This document shows, in pieces, positions 23,083-36,700 of a stretch of DNA of 64,000 nt; position 1 is the first letter of the stretch, and the number at the start of each line of letters is the position of its first letter. The position numbers and the translations under genes are program-made. Under the pieces are notes generated by a model. It searched no databases, was not told where the DNA came from, and saw only the letters and a list, made by a program, of their open reading frames with translations. Source of the DNA: Paramoeba atlantica (lineage: Eukaryota; Protista; Discosea). The stretch covers positions 74,431 to 138,430 of the forward strand of contig CDRNVI010000169.1 of the NCBI GenBank assembly GCA_977017575.1. The letters run 5' to 3'.

Positions 23083-25883
23083 TCAAATTTCTTCCTCATC
23101 ATCAAAATCGGGAAAAGATACAGGGTTTAAGAGACCAAGTTTTCGAACAATTTCTTGTAATGATGAGATATTTGACTTTGCTGTTCTCATACTATCTGCA
23201 ATGTCCTACAAAAAAAAGCAAAAAAAGAATTTTTTTTAAAAAAAAGAAAACACCCTCAAAAATAAAAGAGAAAAAAAGAGAAAAAAGAAAGAAAAAGAGA
23301 AAAAAGAGAAAAAAGAAAAAAAAGAGAAAAAAGAGAGAAAAAAAAACTTGTGTATGTTCGAGGAGAGTTTCCTTCATATGATCAGCAGGTTGTTTCATTC
23401 CAATCCGAGTGGAAACAAACCCTGACGCCAAGAGCATTCCGAGTGTCTCTCTTGATTCTGTGTTGTGTTTCCCTTTTTTTATTATTTATTTTTTTTTTGG
23501 TTTAAAAGAAAAAGAGAGAGAGAGATGTGAGAAAAAATGAGAGATATATTTCTTTTTTTAAGGTTTTTTTTTTGTGTTGTTTCTTCTAAAGAAGAAAAGA
23601 AAAAAGGAAGGAAGAAGGAAGAAGGAAGAAAGAAAAAAAAAAGAAGAAAGATGGGAGAAAAAAAAGGAAGAAAACTTACTCAATTTATCAATGAGTGGCC
23701 TAAAAAAAAAGAAGGAAAAAGATTTGTCAATTCATAATAATGTTTTGAAAAGAAAGAAATTATTTTCAAAGAAAATTCAAAACTGTTCCGTTCCATAATC
23801 AATTGTCTCAGAATCTGTTTCATCTGGTTTCTAATTTTCCCAAAAAAATATTTAATACAAAGTTGAAAAACAATTAAATAAAAAATAGAATCGAACAATT
23901 AAATTTTCATAATCATACAACAATACAACGACACAACAAGAAATACAAGAAATACAAGAAATACAAGAAATACAATAATACAAGAAATACAATAATACAA
24001 GAAATACAATAATACAAGAAATACAATAATACAAGAAATACAATAATACAATAATACAATAACGAAATAAAAAAACAAGACGACAATGTAATAATAATAC
24101 AAGTAAAAAGAGAAGAATGAGAAACCGAATGAAGATATGCTTTTTTGAGCTTGGTAATTCTGCAAAACAAAACAATTCTCAGAATCAAAAGAAAAAGAAA
24201 GGGAAGAGAAGAGAAGAGAGAAAAGAGAAGGGAAAAAAGAGAAGAAGGGAAAAAAGAGAAAAGAAAGAGAAGAGAAAAGAGAAGAGAGAAAAAAAAACCT
24301 TTCAAGATTGGGAGAAGAAGAAGGAGAAGGTCTCTGCAATGGTTTAATTTCTTCTCCCAATTCATCATCATCATCTTCTTCTTCTTCTTCCTCTTCTTCA
24401 TCATCATCATCTTCTTCTTCGAGGTTTCTTGATTTCATGAGCTGCAAAAAATGTTATTCAACATAAAAATTTATTTTTTGAATTTCTCTCTCTCTTTCTC
24501 CCTTTCTCTCTCTTCTCCCCTCTCTTTCTCTCTCCCACTTTCTCTCCTCATTCTCTCCTCCTCTCTCTCTCTCTCTCTCTCTCTCCTCTCTCTTCCCCTT
24601 CTCTTCCCTTTCTCTTCCCCAAAAAACAAAAAAAAAACCTTCGCAAGTTTGGCATGACCAACCGGAGGACGAGGAACAGAAGAGTGTTGTTGTTGTTGTT
24701 GTTGTTGTTGTTGGTTCCCTTTTTTTGCTTCTTGTACTTTTAGTGCTGCTTCTTGTACCTTTTTTTTTATTATTATTTATTTTGGGGGAGAGAGAGGAGA
24801 GAGAGAGAGAGGAGGGAGGAGAGAAGGGAGAAGAGAAGGGGGAGAGAAGGGGGAGAGAAGAAAAAGAAAGAGGGGAAAGAAAGAAAAAGAGAAAGAGAAG
24901 AGGAATTATTTTTTCTGAAATTGTGATTCAATTTAAAAACTTAAATCCAAAAAAAAGAAAATAAAATAAACCTTTTCGATTGCATCTTTTTCTTCTTTTG
25001 AAACACTTTCTTCTCTCTTCTTCTCTTCTTTCTTTCTCTCTTTCCTTTCTTCTTCTTCTTTCTCTTCTTCTTCTTCCTCTTCCTCTTCCTCTTCTTCTTC
25101 TTCTTCATCTTCATCATCTTCTCCTTGGACAACATTTCCTTTTGCCAAACGAGCCATGAGACTACCCCCTTTTCCTCCTCCTCCAAACTTCTTCACTTCT
25201 TTCTTCTTTTCTATTACTTTTATCTCTTCTTCTTCTTCTTCTTCTTCTTCGTCTTCTTCATCTTCTTCATCTTCTTCTCCTTGAACAATTCCTTTTCCTT
25301 TTGCCACTCGAGACATTAATCCAAATTTTGGTGTTTGTTTTTTCTCTGTTTTTTTTTTTGAGAAAGAAAGAAGAAATAAAAATTTATTATTTGAATTATG
25401 AAAGAAAATAAAAACAAAATAAAAATAACAACAAAAATAAATAAAATAAAAATAAATAAAATAAAAATAAATAAAAATAAAAACAATAAGCCAAGAAGAA
25501 AAGAGAAAAGAGAAAAAGAAAAAGAAAAAACCAGATTGATGAAAGTGAAGAAGACAAAAAATTTGATTTTTGGAAATTCGAAAATTTGAGAGATTTAATT
25601 CTTTCTTACAAATTGTACAAAGAAAACATTCCTATTATTTTTATTTTTATTTTTATATTTCTATTTCTATTTCTATTTCTTTTTCTTTTATTTTCTTTTC
25701 TTCTTTTCTTTTCTTTTTCTTTCCTTTTTTTTTCTTTTCTTCTTTCGTCTCTTTTTCTTATTTTCTTCATTTTTTTCTTCTCACCTGATGATAAATTCGA
25801 TCAAGGGAATTGAGTTTAACTTCAATTTTGTTTTCACCTTCGACTTTTTTCTCACAAACTGGACAATTTTCCTTTTCAGACAT
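23083..25883 (-). CDS. LIM domain + acidic repeats + BLOC1S3-like C-terminal coiled coil, multi-exon
   Basis: Exons 1-2 read MSEKENCPVCEKK...IYHQECFLCTICKKEL...IFCLLH (LIM zinc ligands). Two VQGE(E/D)DE acidic repeats follow. C-terminus: KPDETDSETIDY...LIDKLKSRETL...DIADSMRTAKSNISSLQEIVRKL...FPDFDDEEEI*. Confidence 0.75.
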
Positions 25884-26302
25884 TATTTCCCTTTCGCATA
25901 AAAAAAGAAAGAAACAAAAAAGAAGAAAGAAACAAAAGAAAGAAACAAAAGAAAGAAAAGAAAAACAGAAAAGAAAAAGAAAAAGAAAATGGGAATCTCA
26001 AAAAATGAATATTAAGAGATTCTTATCCGAAAATCGTTCGAGATTCTTATCCGATATCTCGAGTTTTGTTTGATTTTTTTGGTTTTTTGTTTTTTTTTGT
26101 TTTTCTTTTGTTTTTCTTTTGTTTTTCTTTTGTGATCTCTTTTGAAATTTCGAAAGAGAAGAAAAGAAAAAAGAAAAAAAGAAGAAAAAAAAAGAAATCA
26201 AAAAAAGAAAAAGAAAAAAAAAGGAAAAGAAAAAAGAGATCAAAAAAAAAGAAAAAAAAAAGAAAAGAAAAAGAAAAAAAAAAGAAAAAGAAAAAAAGAG
26301 AA

Positions 26303-29300
26303 ATGACAACAATAACAACACAAATCGAAGTATTGGAAAAAGCATGTTCACCATTTGGAGAAAGAAAAGAAACTGATTTTTCTCTTTCTTCTTCAAAATC
26401 TGCTCCTTCTGTTTCTCTTTCTTCTTCTTCTTCTGGTTTTTTTTTGTTTTTTTTTTTTTTGGAAAGAGAAGGAGAGAAGAAGAGAAGAAGAGAGAAGAGA
26501 GAAGGAGAGAAAGAGGAGAGGAGAGAGAATTTTATTCCATTTTTTTTCTTCTCTTCTCTCACATTCTTTCTTTTCCTTCTCCTCTCTTTTCTCTCCTTTC
26601 CTCCTCTCTCTTCTTTCCTCTTCCTCTTTCCTCTTTTCTTTTCTTTCTTCTTTCTTTTCTCTCTCTTTCTTTCTACTCTTTCTCTCCTTCTCTCCTTCTC
26701 TCTCTTTCCTCTCTCTCTTTCCTCTCTCTTTCTCTAGAAATAAGTAGAGAACAAAAGATACAAGCAATAAGAGGAGCAGCTCGTCATTTGGTTACTGTTC
26801 GTATTCCCAATGTCCAAAAAGCAAAGAAAGAATTTGTCTCTCTTCTTCAGGTCTCTCTTTTCTCTCTCTTTTCTCTCTCTTTTCTCTCTCTTTTCTCTCT
26901 CTTTTCTCTGTCATTTGGTAATACATGTTTTCTCTCTTTTATGATTAATATTCTTTTATTACTTTAATAAATTAATTCATTATTAACAAAAAAATACAAG
27001 AGAAAATAGTTCGATATTTGTTATTAATACATGATTGATATCTTTTTTATTAAATCAATAAGTTAATTTAATAAAATTACTAACAAAAAAACAACAACAA
27101 CAACAGAAAATAGTTCGATATTTGTTATTAATACATGTTATTAATTATTTAATGAATTAATTCATTTCTAACAAAAAAAACACACAACAGAAAATAGTTC
27201 GAGATTTGTTATTAATACACGATTTATATCTTTTTTTATTAAATCAATAAGTTAATTTAACAAAATTACTCACAAAAAAAACAACAGAAAATAGTTCGAT
27301 ATTTGTTATTAATACACGTTATTAATTATTTAATTCGTTTCTAACAAAAAACACACACAACAGAAAATAGTTCGATATTTGTTATTACTACATGATTTAT
27401 ATCTTTTTTTATTAAATCAATAAGTTAATTTAATAAAATTACTAACAAAAAAAAACAACAACAACAGAAAATAGTTCGATATTTGTTATTAATACATGAT
27501 TGATATCTTTTTTATTAAATCAATAAGTTAATTTAATAAAATTACTAACAAAAAAACACACAACAGAAAATAGTTCGATATTTGTTATTAATACATGGAG
27601 ATTCAGATCAAAATGTTTGTACTGCTGGGACTGAGGCCCTTTTTATTGTGTTGAGAGAGTTTGTTACTAAGCCTTATGCTGATATTATTATTCTTCAAGT
27701 TTTTAAAGGTTTTTTTGTTTTTTTGTTTTTTTGTTTTTTTTTTTGTTTTTTTTTTTGTTTTTTGTTTTTTGTTTTTTGTTTTTTTTTTGTTTTGTTTTTT
27801 TGTTTTTTGTTTTCCATTTTTATTTTTTATTTACTTTATTTGCTTTTATTTACTTTTGGAAAAGTGATTTTTTTTTAAAAAAACTTTTTTTTCACAGTTA
27901 TTAGACCATCATATCCTTCACGGACCGTTCGAGGTTTCTTTTCTCTCTTTTCTCTCTCTCTCTCTTCTTTATCTCACTCCTTTTCTCTCTCTCTCTTTTC
28001 TATTTCTACAGCGGGACTAAACATAATAGGAGCAATATCAAAACATATTAAACCAGCCAGAAGTAGAAAATATCTCAAAACTGTTCTCCAAACAATTGAA
28101 TTTCTTCTCGGTGTTGTTCAGAGAGAGAAGAGGGAAGAGAGAGAGGAGGGGAAGAGAGAAGAGGAGAAGGGGGGAGAGGAGAAGGGAGAGAGAGGGAGAG
28201 AGAGGAGGGGAGAGAGAGAAGAAGAGTTTTTTGGGGATCCGTTTGGGGTGAGAAGAGATCCTTTGGTTCATAAGGCTGTTTCTGAGATGATTGAAAATGT
28301 TTCTGAGATTTTGATTTTTTATATGAGAGAAAAGGAAGCTCAGAGTTTGATTGAGTTGTTGAGGTTTTTTTTTTTTCTATTATTTTTTATTTTTTGTTTC
28401 TTTTTTATTTTATTATTTTCAGTTTAAAATCAAATAAAGATAATTCTTGGGTTGAGAGGCACTTTTTCGTATTCTGAAAGAAATTCCTCCTTTCTTCTCT
28501 CCTTTCTTCTCCTTTTCTCTCCTTTTCTCTCTCCTTTTTTTTCTCCCTTTCTTTCCCCAGCTCCTATCTCACAGACAAACTGCCGGCCATTCGCCGTTCC
28601 GCCTCATCTTCGATTAGTAGTATTTGCCGTCACTACCCGAAAAATGTCTTTGCTTTTGCTGTGACACAACTCACCATAATTTGGGATCGTCACGCTCCTC
28701 TTTTAGAACATCGAATTCGAGTTCTTTTCTTCTTTTTTTTTCTTCTTTCTTTTTCTTTTCTGTTTTTGGTTTATTATTTTTCATAGACCCCAAGTTCAGT
28801 GAGAAACCTCTCTGTCCCTTCAAGCGACGAGGTTGCGAAAGAGGGGAAAGAGTTGAAGAGAACTTTGTCTTCTCCTCAAACAACAAATCTATCAACTCCA
28901 ACAACAGCAGCTCCAACAACAGCTCCAACTCTTTCAACTTCAACTCCAGTTCCAAATATAGGAGGAAATGGAACCAATTTTGGAACAAATGGGGGGACAC
29001 CGGAGGGGGTTGCTCATGGTGTATTAATTGCTTGTTTGGATTTGGTTAAACTTTCTGGTTCTTTTTATTCTCGTTCTCGTGATGTTCGCCAACCTATTTT
29101 GCCTCATTATCCAGGTTGGATTTTTTCTTTTTCTTTTTTTTTTCTTTTTCTTTTTCTTTTTTTTTTTTCTCTTTTTTTTTTTCTCTTTTTTTTATTCTTC
29201 TCATTTTTTGAAATAGTTCTTTTTCGTTTTTTGTTGGAAGTAACTGAGAAACCACTTGATCAGGTTTCTTTTTCCTTTTCTCCTCTTCAATCTCTTTTCT

Positions 29301-32300
29301 TTTTCTAAATTTTATTTAAAGAGCGCAAATTTAATGGCAGCAGCATGGGAGTTATTTTCAGAAATATTATCCACACACGGCCATATCATCAATGCTCTCC
29401 AACCCCCCTTTTCTTCCTCTGTTCCTATTTCTTCCTCTTCTTCTTCTTCTTGTTCACAACAACCACAACAACCACAACAACCACAACAACCACAACAACC
29501 ACAACAACCACAACAACCACAACAACCACAACAACCACAACAACAACCGCGTCTCTCTCCTCTCTCTTCTCTTACTGCAATGACTCCACCAATGGGGAGA
29601 ATGTCACCTCGTTCTACTTCTCCCTCTTCTACTACTGCCCCTTCTCCTCTTCTTTCTCTTGCAGGGTATAAATCTGATGACGACTTTGAATATAGTGGGA
29701 CAGAAGATGAAGATGGTCTCAAAGTAAGTCTTGAAGATGAGATGAAAGGAAGAGAGAGAATATTGAGAAAGAAAATTTGTGTCAATCATAATTGGGAAGA
29801 TGGATTGGTTCATTTTCGGTATCATTGTCATTGTCATTTACCAAATATTATTACCATTTTGGACAGATTAATTACTTGTTTGCTCCCCCAATCTGTTTTA
29901 ACCCAAACGATAAAAACTCCAATTAGAGAAGGAGAAGAGGGAGAAAGAGAGAAGAGAGAAGAAAAGAGAGAGAAATTACCTTGTAAAGTGAGTGTGTCTG
30001 CTCCTGCTCTTAGTGTACTCTCTCTCTTGGCGACTGAGTATTTTCCTTGTTTTTGGTATATTCTCTTTCGGACTGATTATAAGAACCCTTGTTCTGTTTT
30101 GAAAGGAGGAGAGAGAAAAGAAGACTCCAAAAGAGAAGAAGATAAAAGAGAAGAGAAGAAAAGTGAAGGAAAAACAATTCTAGAAACAATTCTAGAAATC
30201 TATTCAAAGGAAACAGACCCATTGTTAAGAGGGGAATGTGTTTTATTATCTGGTGCTTTAATTCGTTCTCTATTAATTTGTCCTCTCCCTCTTGATTCTC
30301 CTCTTTCTTTTCGCTCTTCTTCTTCTTTATCTTCTTTATCTTCTCTAGCTTCTTCTTCTTCTTCCACTCTTTCTTCCTCTCTCAATCTCTCTTCCTTCCT
30401 TCCTCTCCTTTGCAAAATTGTTTCGCAAGGGATAGAAGATAACTCTGCTACAACTTCCAAATTGGCTATCCGTTCTCTTTCTTTCTTTCTCTCTTCTTTG
30501 GTGGCGAGTTGCTATGCAAGATCGAGTGGCCTCCCTCTTATTCGTTCTCTTCTTCTTTTTCCTTCTTCTACTTACTGGGTTGTCAAAAAAGAACTTTTAT
30601 CAAGTTTGGGAGGAATTGATTTTTTTGTTTTGAAACCAATATTGAAACTTTCTTCTTCTCTCTCTTCTCTTTCTTCTCTTCCTTCTTCTTCTTCTCAACT
30701 TGATTTATTGTCAAGACCACATGGAATGGGGTATGAGGGAGATATACAAGAAGAAGTTGTGAGATATATTTTGGGACAATTGATTGATACTGATCATCGT
30801 GTTCGACAAACTGCTGCTGAGGCACTTGTTGATTTGCTTCCTCGTCTTTCTTGTTATTCTCAGGTTTTCTCTTTTTTTTCTCTGATTTTTCTCTTTTTTT
30901 TGATGAACTAAAATTAATTCTTCTTTTTTGCAACAATTAAAACAAATAAAACATAAAAAATTCACATTTTCTCACAAAAAAAAAAACATACAAAAAAAAA
31001 TACTCCAGCTCGGAACATCAAACTCAGTCCCACATCTTCTCTCTTCCTTTCAAAACCACCATCTAGCAGAAGATTCCCCCTCAGATTTCCAATCTTTTTT
31101 TCGACACACAATAATAACAAATTTGTCTTTTTTGATGTCTAAAATTGTTAGTTTGTGTGACGAAATGGGGGGGGATTGTGGAGATGGTGATTGGGAAGAT
31201 GGTTTTTTGAGAAAAGATTCGAGCGCTCATGTTCAGCAGAGGGTTGAGGGTTTGAAGGGGGTTTGTTGTTTAATTTATTTTCTTGATATTTTTATTTATT
31301 TATTTATTTATTTATTTCTTCTTATTTATTTCTTTATTTCTTTATTTTTTTTTATTATTATTAGATCTTTATCTACTTTTATTCTTCCTCCTTATTTATT
31401 TCAAAATTTAAATTTCTTTACTTCTTCAAGGTGTACTTGGCAATGGTCCTCTTAACCGAAAGAAATTGGCTCGAAGAAAAACACATCCGAACCTTTTTCA
31501 CAATGTGGAAAAATCTCGGCCGAGCAAAAGAAGGATGTGGAATATTTTCCCCTCCCTTCTCTCTTTCTTCTTCTCCCTTTCCCTCTCTTTCTCCATCTGA
31601 TCTTGATGTTGAGGCTCCTGAGGGTGGAGGAGGGGCTGGTGTTGAGTTGATACATCCGATGGGTGTTTATTCTTCTGATATTCTTCCTTTGCTTTTTGAG
31701 AGGTTTGTTGGTGGCGGTTTTGAGAGAGAGTGAGAGAAGAAAGAAAGAAGAAAGGAGAAGAAGATCGAGAAATAGAAAGAAAGAAAAGGAAGAAAAAATT
31801 ATCGATTTTGGTGAATTTTAATCAAAACAAATTAACAACAGATTTTGTTTCTCACCAATATTGGCTGATATTGAAGGATCAATTCTTTTATTACGATTAA
31901 TTTATGTTTTGTTTGACAAAAGTGGGAGTTTGGCTGATGATTATGCTCCTTTTGCTTTGTATCATGTTTTGAGATTGATTTCTATGTTGACTGCTTTGAA
32001 AAGAAGGTTTTTTTTTCCTTTGTTTTTTTTTCCTCTTTCTTTTTTCTTTTTTTTTTTAATCCTCTCTCTTCTTCCAAAGCAATTTCACTCTCGCATTTTC
32101 TGCAGTCTGCACTGGGTTCCCTCTCTTCTTTCCTCCCACTCCTCAACAACCAACTCCCCAACCAACTCCCCAACCACCACCGCCCTCTACCTCTCCTCCA
32201 AGACAAAGAACAAAACAAAGAAGAGGAGAGAGGGGAGAGAGAGGAGGAGAGAGGGGTTCGGGATTGAGGGGTGCTTCTCCTTCTTCTTTGGGGGGGAATG

Positions 32301-33754
32301 TGGGGGATGGGGGAGAAGATATTCCTTTTAATCTTTCTGAATCAGGTTTTTGATTTTTATTTTTTATGATTTGAATAATGAATATTATTTCAAAAGAAAA
32401 AAAATAGAAATTTTAGTTCACAACAAAAAGAAGCAAAGATATTTTTCAACAAAAAACAAAAAACAAAAAACAAAAACAAAAACGAACCACTTACAACAAA
32501 ACAAAAAAACAACAGGGTATTACCTATCAGGATACGACGGAACACTATTCGAAGAGCTCTACAATCGTTTAAAACAAACACACATTTCTCTCCAAGGAAT
32601 TGGAGGAAATTTCGATGATAAATATGCGATATTTCGTTCTGCTTGTTTTTCTGCTTTGTGGGTTTTGATTCGTGCTTGTGGCAAGTCTCGGGTCACTCCT
32701 TTTGTTTCGAGTATTTTTTCTTTTTTTTTGTTTATTTAATTTTAGTTTAAATTGTGATGATTTTTTAATTCTCATTTCAAAAAGAATTCGATTCATTCAT
32801 TATTTTATTCTCTTTTTGTTCTATCTTTTTTTTCTTTTGTTCTCACTCAGTACTTTTTTAAGGTATTGTCGACGCATTTGTTGTTCATTTTCCAGATGAA
32901 CCCGATGGAGTTGTTTTGGGCGTACGAGAATTGTTTATTGTTTGTTATGGAACTCCTTCTTCTTCTTTTTCTCCTTCTTCTTCTTCTTTTTCTCCTTCTC
33001 CCTTTCCTTCCCATCCTCGGGTTCTTCCTGGGCCAACACCTCGAACTCTTCTCTCTCCTTCTTTCTCACTTCCTTCCGGATCTTCTTCTTTTTCCTCTCT
33101 TCCTACTCCTCTTTCAAAGTTGAAAGAACAGTCCCTGTTGTTGAGGGATTTTGATCCTCTTCTTTCTTCTGATCAAGAGAGACACCTCTTTGGTTTTTTT
33201 TTCTTTCTCCTTTTTGAAACTAATCTTTCCTTTCTTTAATATTTGATTCACAGGAGATGGGTTTGCAGACAATCTAACATATGGTGGAACATTTGAGAAG
33301 ATATTTGGGAATGCTTTACCACCAAGATTTCGTTCTCTTCCTCACACAAGAAAAGAGAAAGAAGGGGAAGAAGAAGAAGAAAAGCTTGTTGAGAGGTTTG
33401 TTCATTACTATTCGATTCCAAAATGAGTATTCTGATCAAGTAAAATAAAAAACAGATTAGAAGAAGACGCAGAACTCCCTCTCAGTCCCCTCATCCGAAC
33501 TCGGATCAAAAGAGGTGATCATAAAGCCCACCAACTCCTCCAAAAGCAAACAAGAGAAAGAGAAGAAAGAGAAGAAAGACCAAACACTGATTCTTTATTA
33601 AGATATGTTGATTTAAGAGTTCCAAGTGTATTGGCTTCACCAAATATGGCTCATTTGTTTTCTGAACCTGGAGGGGAGAGAGAAGGGAGAGAAGAGAGAG
33701 AGGGGGGCGATCGGAGGGGGTATGTGAGTAGTTCTTTGGCTCGTGCTGGTTTGG

Positions 33755-33785
<31 letters not shown>

Positions 33786-36700
33786 TTTATCAATTTTTAT
33801 CAATTTTTTTTTTAAATGAAACTTTTCTCATCTCTCGTGAAAAAGATGATACAGTCACCGTCTTTGACGAAGTTTCTGGGAAATCTCCCGTCTTATTCCC
33901 TGTCCTCTCCCAACAAATGTCAAACCGAACTGAACCAACAACGCACACCACCCCTCTTTCGAGTCGCTCACAGCAGTCACAACAATCAGTGAGCCCAAAA
34001 CGAGGACCATTTCAACAATCTCTTTCAACATATGATAATTCTTCGCAGTTTCTTTTTACAGACACAAATACGCCTCCTTTTCGTGGAAGTCGTCACTCTT
34101 CTTCTCAAACTTCACCATCCATCCCATCAACAACAATAACTTCACCTTCTTCTTCTCTTCGAACTTCAGATGGATCAGATCCTTACAATATTTTGGTTAA
34201 ACTTGTGATGGTGTCTATCAAATCGTATCAAAGATCAAATCTTTGTTCATTACAAATTCGTGTATTGTCAATGCTGAGATGGGTCGTTCGGTATGGATTA
34301 AAAGTGAAAGACATTGATCCTCAAAACCATTTTACTGAATATTTAATACAACAAGCAAAAGGGAAAAAGAGTTATCTTCACTCTCCTCCTATCTTTCTTC
34401 CCCACATCTTTGCTTATCTTGTTGAAGTGATCGGAGATTACCATAGAGAAGAAAAAGAAATTGGAAAAGGAACTCCTCCATTTGACTTAATGAGCGTGAC
34501 ACATCTACCATTTGGGTCCATTTATTGGCGGGGGAATGGAGAATTATTGTGTGGTTTATCTCCAGTGATTGAAGAATTGTTCCCTGTTGGTTCTTTTGAG
34601 TTGAGTGATTTGCAAATTGATTTGTTGAGTAAGTTGTTGGATATGTTGCCTTTTGAATTTGCTTGTCGTCATTTGGTGACTATTTTACATCATTGTCAGA
34701 AGGAAGATGTTTGGAAGGTATTTTTTTTTTTTTGAAATTGAATAATTTTCATTTTTTTTCCCTTTCTTTCTTTTCCTTTTCCTTTCTCCTCCTCGAAATT
34801 AAAACTCCTTTCTTCTCACCAGACCTACTCTGAAAAAATCTGGAAACGTCTAGTGGAGCTTTTCTCTTCTGGGCATCACCCAAACATCAAATCTCTCCGC
34901 CCCCGCCCTCCCCTCCGGACAGAAATACCCCAAAAAAAGGTTGGAAATAGTGCAATTTGCAGTGTAAATGAATTGAGAGCTTTGTTTGATTTGATTGATG
35001 GGTTGCATGAGAGTTGTGTTTGTGTTGGAGATGTTGTTCGTGGTCTTTTGGAATATTCTGGTGGGAGAGTTTGGAATCATATTGGTGGGATTTGTTATTT
35101 TGGTTCTTCTTCTTGTCCGTCTTCTTCTTTGGTTGGGAGGAGGAGATCTTCTCTTTCTCCTTCTCCTTCTCCTTCCCCTTCTCCTTCCCCCTCCCCCTCC
35201 CCTTCCCCCTCCCCTTCCCCTTCTCCTTCTTCGTCTCCTTCTTTGCCTCTTCATTCTTCTCCTATGAGGAGAGAGAATGATGCTGGCGAAGAGAAATATA
35301 TAACCTCTGTTTCAATTCGTGTCCAGCAGCAGGTTTCTTTCTCCTTTCTTTCTCCTCTTCTGTTTCTTTCTTTCTCTTATTTGTGAGGAAACAGGTTTCT
35401 GCTGAAGGGAGAGATATCGGCCCATCTTTGAATCTTCTTGCTTATTTGTATTCTTGGGTTAAACTCATTGAAATTCCTCCTTTAAAGAGAGAGGAAGGAG
35501 AGAGAGGGAGAGAGAGTGGAGGGGAGATGGGAAATGAAAGGTTTCTGTTCATTATTTTTATTTTTGCTTCATTCTCTTTTTTGTGTTCTCTTCTCTTTCC
35601 TCTCTCTTTTTTTTCTCTTCTCTCCTTCTCTTTTCTTCCTCTCCTTTGTTGATTTCTCAAAGTTTTTTCTTTGTAGATGGGAGAAAAAGATACAATTCCC
35701 ACACCGAAACGAAGCAGAACTGAGAGCTCTCTTTGAAGAAGAAGATTTTGTCTTTGAAGAAGTTGTTGAGCGAGTTGAGAGAGAATTGTTGTTTGTTATT
35801 CTTCATGCTATTGATCGTTTGTCTCAGGTTTTTCCCTCTCTTCTCTTTCTCTTCTCTTTCTCTCTTTTTTTGTGTCTAATCTTCCTCTTCCAGATGATCG
35901 CAGAAACAACTCCAACAACTTTTTCAATTGAGGCACTTCATATGACTCTCGTTCTTTCTCAAATGATTTGTTATTACAATCCCCAGATTTCTTCTTTTAT
36001 CTTTCTTGTTCAGGTTATTATTATTATCCCTTTTTTGTCTCTCTTTTTGTTTTTCCCTTTCTTTCAATTTTCGTGAATTTTTACAAAAGGGAAATCAAAA
36101 GACGTCACAACCTTTGGTTCATCCAGAGATCTTGGATCTACTCTGCCGAGTAGGCACTCGCCTTTTCGGAGAAAGTATGGCCTCTGAAGAAAATGTGACA
36201 CGTCATGGTCCCTTTCTTCATTCTTTTCCTTCTTCTATTTTGGATAGTTATATTTCTTTTCTTATTTCACTTGGGATTGATCACGATTCATATTTGAATT
36301 GTTTCCCTTTTTTGAAAGGGATTCTTTCTCCTTCTTCTCCTTCTCCTCTTCCTTCTCCTTCTCCTTCTCTCTTCCCCTTGAATACACTCCCCTCGCCCTC
36401 CCCAGTTCAATGGTCCGAAATATCAAAGACATCCATCACCTTCCTTGGATACATCCGTTCCGCTCTTCTCTCTCTTTCTCCTCTCCAATTAAGTGAAATT
36501 TTGAGAATTCAATGCTCTCTTCCCAAATCTTTTGATCTTCTTTTACGATATGAAAGAGAATATTCTGTTCAATTGTGGATTAAATTGAGTTTGTTTGCGA
36601 TGAGTGAAAGGACAAAGGACAAGATTTTTGTGGGGATTGAGAGGTATTGTAGAGAGATGATCCCTTGTTTTGGAGAGAGGAAGAGAGGAAGAGGAGGGAA

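Noticed and set aside
23935-24060. AATACAAGA/AATACAAT repeat giving a CISCII-type Cys-rich ORF (metallothionein-like)
   Set aside because: It is an intronic minisatellite within the LIM gene; the Cys pattern is a translation artefact.
27001-27600. Repeat-spacer array resembling CRISPR
   Set aside because: The spacers are themselves repeats of two types, the repeat is an htt acceptor plus exon start, there are no cas genes, and the context is eukaryotic.
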